A stretch of DNA of 64,000 nucleotides from Gekko japonicus (Eukaryota): contig NW_015163125.1 in assembly GCF_001447785.1 (NCBI RefSeq), positions 256,344 through 320,343 of the forward strand. The letters are read 5' to 3'. The position numbers were made by a program, and so were the translations under genes. Each line of letters begins with the position of its first letter. The first letter of the stretch is position 1. The notes under the pieces were generated by a model that saw only the letters and a list, made by a program, of their open reading frames with translations, did not search any database and was not told the DNA's origin. Shown one piece after another: positions 12,031 to 24,000 of the stretch.

Positions 12031-15000
12031 GTGAGTGCGGGTCTCTGTCGGCCGCTGGCACCGTGGCGAAGGCCGCCTCCGTTTCATGTCGACTTGGATC
12101 CCCGCCCGCCTGAGTCTCAGTATGCTGAGTTAATGGAGGCTGAGGCCTAGGCTCGTTTTTTCCCTCCCGCCCATTAGGGCAGCGCCTCTCCCTGTGCCCC
12201 AGTTCTCTGTGGCGGAGAGCGGCAGGCAGTGCCCTGTAGCCGCCTGATGGGGTCAAGCGCCAATCCACCCCTGGCAGCTCCTTAATACGAAGCAAGGCCT
12301 GCCTGTTGCCCGTGCTGATCGCCGACCATCCTGGCGCCCCTGCCTGCCTTTCGAGCCGAGGCCCTCCTATGCCGTGTGGCAGGAAGGAGACTGGGTGAAG
12401 ACAGTAAATGTGTTTTGCTTTCCCACATCTGCTACAATAAAAATGTCTGCAACGTTTATCTGGGATGGTAGCCAGTTGTGCGTATTGTTACTGTTTTAGA
12501 CTACGGAGCGGAGGATCGAATTCTTCCCATGGCTTCGCCGGCCACTCTGTTCCCTTGATCCGTTTTATAAAAAGACGTTCATAACCCAGTTCTAGATTTT
12601 GAGAATACTGATCACACTTGCACATCCTTTTCTTTTGTTAGTGAACCTGCTTTCATTTAAATAGTTATTTCTTCTAAGAAAAAACTGTTCGGTGTCGGTC
12701 AAGTAGTTGATAGCATTCGGTAGGACTGGATATATTTTCCATGAAGTGTGTAAAACATGAGATAAGGATTTTTAGAAGAAAATAATCGTAACCCGTTTTT
12801 GCTTCCTGGTGTGGTTTAGGAAACTTATTGTTTGGCAACTGCTTACAAGAAGTGGGGAAATTGTTCAAAGAACTGGCTTATCTGAGGATACCTTTGTCTG
12901 CAAGTTGTGTTCTTGAAAATTTTAGGTTAAGTAGAACAGAGCTTGGTGATAGCCTATGTAGCTTTAAACCAGTATTTAGTAAGTTCACAGCTGTTAGACA
13001 TGACACATCTTCCTTACTCTGACTTAATAGTCTGTTTCACTGAGTCTACTAAAATACCAGTAACATAAGACACTTGCCTTAAAGCTAGTATAATGAAACA
13101 TAATTGCTGTCAAGAACAAGCTTTAAGTGGCAGGGTTGGGTGTCATAAAAACTCTCCCACCAAATATTTTATGAACACAGGGTAAGTTTCATTCAAGTGG
13201 GCTGTAATCATATGCTTAATAAATAAATAATTGGGTACTTTTAAGAATCATCACTAGAAGAAGAAATTAAATTCTGACATTTTCTGTAGAAATAATCTAA
13301 AATCCATTTCAATAAACATGGTTGCTTATTCACATTGCCACTCTTGGAATTACTGAAACCTTCACTGCCCAGGCGGTGTCACTTCCTGAATTTGCATACC
13401 TCATCTGATACGTCTATATGTTCAGTTTCTGGAAGTACAAATTTTAACAGTGTTTCATGTCTTTAAACTTTAAATGTTATTTGTTTCAAAATAGACCAGA
13501 ATTCTAGTCCAGTACACCTTAAAGACCTACAGAATTTCTAGAGTGTAAGCATTTGTGAGTCAGGCTTTGTCAACTTTGACTCATGAAAGCTTATACCTAG
13601 GAAAATTTTGTTCGTCTCCAAGGTGCCCCTGTACTTGAATTTTATTCTACTACTATCAGCTAAAACAGCTAGCTGCCTGAAACTAATTTTAAAAAATAGT
13701 GAATATTAGATAACTAGGAACTTGACCTTAAAGTTGATTTGGAACCTGTAATTTCACAACAGTGACTGTGAAACCAATAATCACTTGATTGCATCATTGT
13801 TTAATATGAATATTGAAACAGAAATGCACATCTCCAGTCACTGAAGGCCTCTGGTAATAGTTCCATCTTGCACTTCACAATACATGGAAAGTGGAAGCAA
13901 TGAGCACATTATGATGTAGGGATACCTCAAAACCTTTGGCAGGCCTTGGGTCTCCTTATATTTTGCTACCGCAGGGTGTGAATTTTTCTCATGGTGCCAC
14001 GAAAGAACCTCACATTACAGTTTCTAACCATTGCTAGCCTTTTCTTTCGTGGAAATGGGGCCCTACTAGCATGGTAATGTGCAGTGGTATGGACTCCTCC
14101 AGTTGACCTGAGGCTTTTCATAATACTCCAGAAATGCAGCAACATCTCTTTGTCACCACTGCAATACATAAAGGGAAGTAGAGGGGAAAGGTCGCAGTCA
14201 GTATGGATTTCTCCAAGTGGCCACAGAGAGCTAGAATGCGTAGGAATACACTTTAAAAATAAGTAACAGTAATAAAAATAAACTGGAGTGTATAGAAAGA
14301 GTGGACATAGAAGTGTTAGAAAGCATATAAATTCTATTTCTGCTTATTCTGTAATCTTTGATAGTGCTGTCCTTTCACATTTTTGACTATTTTCTTTTAT
14401 ACCAAGCAACTAATTTTTGTAAATAGCTCAGTCACTGCACAACATTTACATATTCTGATACAAAGGCCAAAATGCAGGAAAACTTGTCTTTGAACCAGTA
14501 AGATGCCTGCTTTAATTCCCTTCCAAGGAATGTTGTTATAAATGTGAAGGAAGAATAGCAGGTTTTTCAAGAACAAGAAGTTGTTCAGCTCTTAAATTAG
14601 TTACAACTTGAGATTTGTCAGGGGAGACTAAGATGCAGTTTTTCAGTCAAGATCTCTGTGCCTTCTTGGGCCTTGAAATTCGTGGGGCAGGATTGTTGAG
14701 AGAAGAAATATATCCCCTTGTTATGTCTGCCTGTTGTGTTTGATGAGACGCAAACTAACACATGTGGATTTTTGCGGCTGCAGGGGTACTCGGAGATTCC
14801 ATAGGTTGCAGATCTAGTAGATTTATCACAAGCTCTGACAGTTTTGGTCAATTTGTAAAACATGCCTAATAAAAATCATCAGCTCTATTGCAACCTTTGT
14901 GTTTATAATTAAAGCCAAATCTTGCTTTAAAACAATTTCACAATACTTGCTTTATGTTTCTAAGTTATTAACTTTTAGTTTCTTCAGTCTCCCTCAGACT

Positions 15001-18000
15001 AAGAAGATTTTTTTCCTCAGTTTTCAATGCAATCCTGTTCTGCCTAGCAGTTTGAAAGGTTTAGAATTGGTCATTTTTCTAATGTTTGGCTCTCTGGGTC
15101 CTCTTTGGAGAGAAAAGTGCGGCATATATGAAGTAAAATAATAATTAAAATATATGGAGCTGGCTTTAATCAGAGGTTTTCTCTCCCCCCCCCCCCCCCC
15201 CCCCCCCCCCAGAATTTCTTGAGGTTGGGAAGAAGCAACCTGCTCTTGATGTTCTCTACGATGTTATGAAAAGTAAAAAACATCGAACATGGCAAAAGAT
15301 CCACGAGCCGATTATGCTGAAGTACCTGGAGCTCTGCGTGGACCTCCGCAAAAGCCACCTGGCAAAAGAAGGGTTATATCAATACAAGAATATCTGCCAG
15401 CAGGTAGAGAACTTGAAAAGTTATGTTAACAAAAGGAGGTTAATAAGATCAGAATTTGAATTTGTAGATGCTATGGAGAAATGTACATGCTAGTCCTTTA
15501 CTGTATATGAGATTTGTCTGTAAAATACGTCAAACCAATCAGACATGTTCAGTGACTGTGTTTTAAGGGCTATCAAGTTGCTTGTGACCTATGGTGACCC
15601 TATGAATTAATGACCTCCAGAATGTCCTGTTGTCAACAGCCTTGCTCAGGTCTTGCTAACTGATGACCATGGCTTCCTTGATTGAATCAATCCATTTCAT
15701 GTTGAGTCTTCCTCTTCTGCTGCCTTCAACTTTTCCTAGCATTATTGTCTTTTCTAGTGACTCTTGTCTTCTCATAATGTGACCAAAGTACTATAGCTTC
15801 TGTTTAGTCATTTTGGTTTCTAAGGAGAGTTTGGGCTTGATTTGATCTCAAACCTACTGATTTGTCTTTTTGGCGGTCCACGATATCCGTAAAACACCAA
15901 CACCACATTTCAAATGAATCATTTTTTTCTTGTCAGCTTTCTTCACTGTATAACTTTCACACCCATACATAGTACTGGGAAATACTATGGTGTGATATCT
16001 TGGTCATCAGCCTCACATCCTTATGCTTAAAGAATCCTTTATAGCTCCTTTGTGGCTTCCCATTGTGTAACTTCTCAGCAGTTCTTAGTTTTGTCTTTGT
16101 GATGTTCTGTTGTAACCTGCTTTGACACTTTCTGCTTTAACCTTCATCAGTAGTTGTTTCAAATCATCACTGTCTTTAGCCAGTAATGTAGTGTTATCTG
16201 TGTATCTCAAATTTAATGTTTCTTCTTCCAATTTTCACTTCACTGTCATCTAAATCCTTATAATATGTCCTGCGTAAAGGTAATGCAAACCTCTTTTTAC
16301 ATGAATATAAGGAGAGCCCTGCTGGATCAGACCAGTAGTCCATCTAGTCCAGCATTCTGTCTCACACAGTAGCCAAGCAGTTCCTCTGGATGGCCAACAA
16401 CAGGGCATAGATGCCAAGGCCTTCCTCTGATGTTGTCTCCTGGCTCTGGGATTCACAGGCTTAGTGCCTCTGAATATAGAGGTTCCTCTTAGCTACCATG
16501 GCTAGTAGCTGCTGATAGACTTATCCTCCATGAATCCATCTAATCCCCTTCTGAAGCTGTTTATTCCTGTGGCCATCACTACATCTACTGGCAGCGAATG
16601 CCACATTTTAATCACTCTTTGTGTAAAGTAGTATTTCATTTTCTCTGTCCTGAACCTACTGCCCATCAGTTTCATTGGATGCCCTCGAGTTGTAGTATTT
16701 TGGGAGAGGGGAAAAAACTTCTCTTTGTCAACTCTTTCCACTCCATGCATAATTTTATAAAGCTCTATCATGTTGCCACTTATTTGTCTCTTTGCTAAAC
16801 TGAAAAGTCCCATGGGGCAGATGTGAGGCTGACTGGCCTGTAATTTCCCGGTTCCCCTCTGGAATTCTTTTTAAAAATTGGTATAACATTTGCTACTCCA
16901 GTCTTCTGGTACACCAGCTGAATTTAGTATGTATGCCATCACATGGTCTTTAAACTCTTCAGGAATATGGTTTAGATCATATTTTGGCACTATGAATGTT
17001 TGAGTGTTTTTCTTCAGCTTTATTTTAATTTTCAATATTAACAATTCATGGTCTGTACGACAATTAGCTCCTGGTCTTGTTTTAGCAGAGAGAGCAGAGC
17101 TTTCCATCTTCTATTTCCAGTTATGTAATCTGTTTGGTTGCCGGAAAAGCATTAGCAGCAGTGAACAAATTGTTTTCCTCACAGAATTGTATGAGTTGCT
17201 TTTCTGCTTCATTTTGTGCTCCTAGCTCAAATCTTCCAACAATATTTGATTCTGCCTTGTTATCTAATTTTGTGTGAGAATCACCTATGATTAGCAGATA
17301 ATTCAACAAATAATTGATTCTTAATATCAGTAGGCTTCTTAGGATATCTGAATAGTACAAGCAGTAATGCATTTGCGTTCAGATCTATTACTGCATTTTA
17401 CTACTGTATTTTGAGTTTCTTAATTAAAATACTGACTCTTATGTGGCAAAGCTAGTTTAATTGTTCCATTGTTGATGCAGGTGAACATCAAGTCCTTGGA
17501 AGATGTAGTCCGAGCCTATTTAAAACTAGCAGAAGAAAAAACCGAAGCTGCCAAAGAAGAATCTCAGCAGATGGTGCTTGATATAGAAGATCTGGATAAT
17601 ATTCAGACTCCAGAGAGGTAGGTTATGTTATGGGGATTATTTTTGTCTTTAAGAAATAGCATGCTTGTTGGAAAAAGATTGACCAGCTAAGTTGTTTTCT
17701 CAGATCCCACAAAAAGAAAACATTAACCTAACAGCCAATTCTGACATCCTCTGCCACTTGCTGTAAAGTTCATACCAGGCCTACCTGAAACAATTGTTAC
17801 ATCTCCATAACTCTGAAAGATGTGTTTAAAACATGCTGTAGTTTAACTGCATTGTGCTGTACTATACACATATTGGGAAGCAAGAGAAATGGATTGTATG
17901 GCATAAAATATTGTTTTTTGTTTCTTAACTAGTGTTCTCCTAAGTGCTGTAAGTGGTGAAGACACTCAAGATCGTACTGATCGGCTACTTTTGACACCCT

Positions 18001-21000
18001 GGGTTAAATTTCTATGGGAGTCATACAGACAATGCCTGGACCTTCTCAGAAACAATTCTAGAGTGGAGCGCCTCTACCATGATATTGCACAACAAGGTAA
18101 AATGGGAATTATGGCGAAACTTATGTGGCCTCTTTACAAGTAGAGGTTTGAAGGTTTTGAATCATTGAAGTGTGGCGTAATTAATTATATATATGAAATT
18201 TAATTCATCAGGTGGTGTATGAGCCAGAACTTAAAAAAAAGCACCTTAGAACAATCCCACTTTAATAATGCATGCCTTTTCATTACTTTTTCAAAAGTAG
18301 CTCAAGTTTTTCTAAGAAGACGTTTTTGAGAATTAATACATGCTTGTTTTTAGCATAGACTATCTTTTCAGCTATTAAAACATTTAATATTTGGAGTAAT
18401 TTATTCTTGCAGCTTTCAAGTTCTGTTTGCAATACACTCGTAAGGCTGAATTTCGCAAACTCTGTGACAATCTAAGGATGCATTTGGGTCAGATTCAGCG
18501 GCATCACAATCAGAGTACAGCCATCAACCTGAATAATCCAGAGAGTCAGTCAATGCACTTGGAAACCAGGCTTGTACAGCTGGACAGTGCTATCAGCATG
18601 GAGCTATGGCAGGTGTGTATTTGTGCTGATGGCATCTTTTTTCTGTCCTCAGCCTCATCCATCTAAAATCTATTTTCATGCTTTGTAACATCCAGTAGCT
18701 AAGAGAGCTTCACAGGTGTAGAGTTAATTTTACAGCATATAGTTGGATGTAAGATTATATTTAGAAGTTTACAATTAAATGTGCTTAGATTTTAGTAAAC
18801 TTGCATCATCTCATTTCTTACCTTCTCGAGCCACTGCTGGTGTAACATGTAATTTCCCCCCTTTCCAGGAAGCCTTCAAAGCAGTGGAGGATATACATGG
18901 ACTGTTCTCATTGTCCAAAAAACCTCCAAAGCCCCAGCTGATGGCAAATTATTACCACAAAGTTTCCACTGTATTCTGGAAATCGGGAAATGCACTTTTT
19001 CATGCTTCCACGCTTCATCGTCTTTACCATCTCTCAAGGGAGATGCGAAAGAATCTCACACAGGATGAGATGCAGAGGTAGGCAAATATTTGTGTGTAGG
19101 GTTGTTGTTTATAATAGTACTCATGATACGTTACAGTATGAGCAGCCTGAATAGCCCAGTTTGGCCCAAGCTCATCCGAGTTTGAGAGCTAAGTAAGGCT
19201 AGCTGTGTAAGTAGTTGTATAGGAGACCACCAAGAAAGACTGGGGTCGCTGTGTGGAGGAAGGCAATGGCAAACCACTTCTGCTCACCTCTTGCCTTGAA
19301 CTCCCCATGGTTGAGATTGCCATGAATAGGTTGCAACTTGACAGCACGTTCTTCTTACAAAGGGGGGAAAATAAATAGTGAGTGAAGCAATACTATTCGT
19401 AGTGTGTTTCTCTAATGTCCTGTTGGCAGGATGTCAACAAGAGTCCTCTTGGCCACTCTCTCAATCCCCATAACTCCTGAACGAACTGACATTGCTCGTC
19501 TTTTGGACATGGATGGCATAATTGTCGAAAAGCAACGGCGATTAGCAACACTTCTAGGACTTCAAGCTCCTCCTACACGGATCTCTCTTATTAATGACAT
19601 GGTAAGTAACATATAGAAGATCACTTTTAGGTAGTTTATATCCTTGGTCATAAGTCACCTGAGTGACACTTGTGAAAGAACTGAAGAATATTCTAATGAC
19701 CACCAAAATTGAGTAAAAGCTATTGGTTTCTTCTCTTGGATTCTACTTTGTAATTGTAATTCCAGTATGTCAGGGGCTGTTACACTGGATAGAACTAGTG
19801 TTACATGTCCCCAAGGGAACATAATTTATGTGGGCTTGCTTCCTTAAGTAATCTAACTGTAAAGGTAACATTCTGCACATTGTTGCAGCTGAGGATGCAT
19901 GTTGTCCCCGTCATTCTGCTTGCAAGTAAAAAGTGGTTTTTAAATGTCCCAATAATTTTAATTGAAAAAGTTGTTTAAAAAAAAATTTGTTCATATTAAT
20001 ATTGCAGTAATGTTATGGCTGTGGTGGCTCAAGTGGTTAAGACGCTAAACTGCAGACTGGAAGGTCGGTAGTTCAGTTCGAGACTCGAGTGCCGCAACAC
20101 GGAGTGAGCTCCCGTCTCTAGTCCCAGCTCCTGTAAACCAAGCAGTTCGAAAGCAAGAAATTGCAAGTAGATAAATAGGTACCACTTTGGTGGGAAGGTA
20201 ACAGCGTTCCGTGCACCTTGGCATCTAGTCATGCTGGCCACATGACCATGGAAATGTCTCTGGACAGCGCTGGCTCTTCGGCTTGGAAACTGAGATGAGC
20301 ACCACATCCCTAGAGTCGGATTCAACTGGCTTTTGAGCAAGGGAAACCTTTACCTTTACCTAATGTTGTTTAGTAATTTTCTTTAAGTAAACAAAAGTAA
20401 CAACCTTCTATCATACTTTTTTTTTGTAGGTGAGATTTAATGTAGTACAGTATGTTGTCCCAGAAGTGAAGGAACTGTATAACTGGCTTGAAGTAGATTT
20501 TCACCCGCTGAAGTTATGTGGTCGTGTTTGTAAGGTAAATGGTGAAAACTTAAGAAAAGGGGGACTTCCATTTCACTTGCACGTAGTTCTTCTTGAAATT
20601 GTTGGGTGGAACATTGTGTGTTGTTACATAATTTTTTTTCTCTGAAGTTGTTCTTTAAACGAAGTTTTATCTGGGGTGTATGTGGGTTCTGTATGTGGGT
20701 TCTGTATGGGGTTGACTACCGGGGCGGGGGGCATACTTAACACTTCAGTGCCTTTTTTCCCTACTGCAAAGTACTCCCTTCCCACCTACTTTTATCTCCT
20801 TTGGGGAAACTTACGTATCCTTGTACATTTTCCCTAGCAGATGTAAAGGCAGCTTAGAGATAATGATTCTTTGAGTTTTGCAAATGATTTTTAATGGGCA
20901 AAGATGAAGGATTTAAATAGCTCCTTCTAACTTCTGCCCCTTTTAGATCACTGCTCTGAAGCTGCAAGTGGGAGGGAGAGAATCTGTGTCACACACAGTT

Positions 21001-24000
21001 CCACCATGAGAGCTCCTTGTTCTGTTTTGTTCTGTGGCTATTTGTTTATCATGTTTGACTTCATGTACACACTGCAAAGTATAAAACTACCAGGTCATAC
21101 CAATTAAAAATAGCTTTTGAAAGTTTTCTTCATTGTAGAAAGAGAAGTGATACTGTTAGCAAGAAAAATTTCAGGTCTGTATTTGTGGTTCATTGTGGCA
21201 TCAGTTATCCAGAAAATTGAATAATTGCCTATTAGTGGACATGTAATGAGAGTTGTTAAAGCACATTTCATTGTCTTTTTCTTAGTACCTTTAGGAACAA
21301 AGATATTTCTGATGTGCTAGATAATAGATGAAGGTAAATTAACAGTGTGGCAGATGTTAGTCATCACTGTCAGTCACCTTCAAACAAAACTGTATTTAAT
21401 GTACACATTGTGAAAAATCAAAAAAGACACTGGGGAATGTGCTAGAAAATAATATTTTCTGACCACCTTTAAAATGGAAGGCTAATTTTGGTCTTGAGAA
21501 TAATTTTCTGAAAATATTTAAAGGGTTCTTTAGATTCAGTTGCTTGAGCCCTTCCCACACACTCCTAAGTGAACTCTCATGAGCAATTACAGCATGCAAA
21601 TTAGAAGCAACCAGGTCTTGGCTATCAAAATTCTCATCGTCTCAGAAAATCTGATATGTAACATTTTTGATGCAGCAAAAGTTTCATTGGCCAAAGTATG
21701 TGACTTTGTAACCTGAATGTTAAAATTGTTCCTGCAAGCGAGCATCTGGGAAGAACTGTGTGGGGGTGTGAGTGAGTGGGGGTTTGTGAAGTACATTTAG
21801 AATGATATATTGTCTGAACTGGCTTCTTAACTGGTGTCTTAAAAGCCTCTGAATGATTCTGTACAGGTTCTAAACTGGGTAAGAGACCAATCTGAAAAAG
21901 AATCAGAACTGCAGTTGTATATCCCTCATCTGCAAAACAATACCATCCTCAGATTGCTTCAGCAGGTATGATTACAAAACAAAGTTTTAAAAGTAGTGTA
22001 TGGTTGTGGTAACTTTTCTCAGTTTCTTTGTATTTTAAAAAATCCATCTCGTGTAAAAGTGTAATTCTGTTCTGTTGATTCAAGTTTTGAAAGAGTTCCT
22101 TATTTTGGATGCACGTACATAGAGTGGATTTAACTAGCCTGTTGATTGGTGTGTCTGTTGCCTTTGATGTCCAGTTTCTTCATTAATTTAGCAACATAGC
22201 TGTTGCAGTTTGTGATGATTGGATGCTCTTCCCAGTAACATCAGCAACTTCTGCCCAGGTGGTTAGAGCAGCAATGTTTGCCTTGCTAGGAGGCGTGTTA
22301 CTAGTGTGGTACCTATCAACGTGATCTGCCCTGTCATGCAAAGAAGTTATGTTGTCATCAGAAAACAATATGGGAACAACGCTAAGACAGCAGTAGCTCT
22401 GTTGCTTTGGTTACAAGGCTACAAGGCCTTGGTGAGTGACTGATGAGCTAACTGCTTTTGCCTTGTGCGGTCTACCATCAACATAACAATAAAATCCTGA
22501 ACTGCTGAAAAATACTTTGCAACTGTTCTACTGAATGGTCTGTAAGCAGCATAGAAGCACTGCTTGAAACCCATATAAAAGGATCATTGCGTACGTTTCA
22601 CGCATGAAAGAGCCAGCATCAAACCAATCAAAGCACTGTAATTGGCTCACGTTAATCCTCCAGCACTCAACATGAAAAGTGCATAGGAAGGCAATAGCCA
22701 GCATCCTCTCAGTTCTTTTTTTAAACATTTCGTATGAGGTATTTTTACACATTAAAAATACAACTGGCTAAATCATTCATGGATTCCATATGTCAAAACA
22801 TTTTTTAATTCATACTATTTTGGTTGGACCTGTGCAGCACCACCAGCAAAAAACACCGGTGATCTTTCCTGCATTCCCCATTCCCTAGCAGCTTCTTGTG
22901 AATCCCTAAAAGAATACTAGGTGTTGGCGGACCCATACAGATAAGATATAGGCAGCATGCAGTGAGGTGGAGAAGAAGCAGGCAAAACTGTCCTCCTGCC
23001 TACTACATCAATAGAGCCTCTTGCAACAGAAGGCAGCTTCTTGTCTGGCAGAAGGATGCCTAGGATCCAGACCTTTAACTTCTTGATTTTTCACATGCAC
23101 ATTTCATTGACCTGCTTTCTTTGCATTGGTAAGCAGTGTTATTTCTGATGTGCGAAAGGAACAGTTTGAAAGCTAATTAGCAGCATTGCTGTAAATAGTG
23201 ACTGCTGCCAGTCTCTTTCATACATATTATCTTGCTTGGTAGAATTATCAAGCCCTTTAAATATATTCAGAAACCATATGTTTCCCTTAAATGTTCATCT
23301 CTATTGTTAATGTTCAAGCTGTAAATGCTGATGTTTACTTTTCACAAGTATTTTTGCTCATTTAGAATTATTGGAAAAAGCTGAATATTCATGTGTCATG
23401 CAGGTGGCCCAAATTTATCAAAGCATCGAGTTTTCTCGTTTGACTACTCTGGTTCCTTTTGTTGATGCTTTCCAACTGGAACGTGCAATAGTAGATGCAG
23501 CCAGGCATTGTGACTTGCAAGTAAGTGCTATAGCAGAACTCTTCAGAATGTTCAGACACATTGTTCTTTAAGTAAATCTGAGATCTTGGATTAAAACATG
23601 CTGAAACCTGTTCAGGTGTGAAAACTGTTTTGTTCTTTTAGATGCAACGAATGAATACTGGACTAATTCATTCTTAAATACTTCTTGAGTTGGTACAAAT
23701 GTTTACAAAAATATTTAGTCAGAAACTTGATATTCAGGTAACTTTTAATTAAAGATAATAGGTAGGAACAAGTTCCCAGAATAAATCTCCCTCTTCCCCT
23801 CTTGAAAAGTTGTTCCTCTGGATTGGAGAACCTTTGGGAATAGAGTGGTGTCTGCCCAGTGTCTTGGGGGTGGTGGTGGTTCTTATACCTGTTGAAGGAA
23901 GATACTTTCAGAACCGTTTGGGAGAAGTGTGCAGACAATAGACTGAAATTCTTCGGCCTTCCCTCATTGTTATTAGAAATATGGGCTATCAGGAAGCCCC

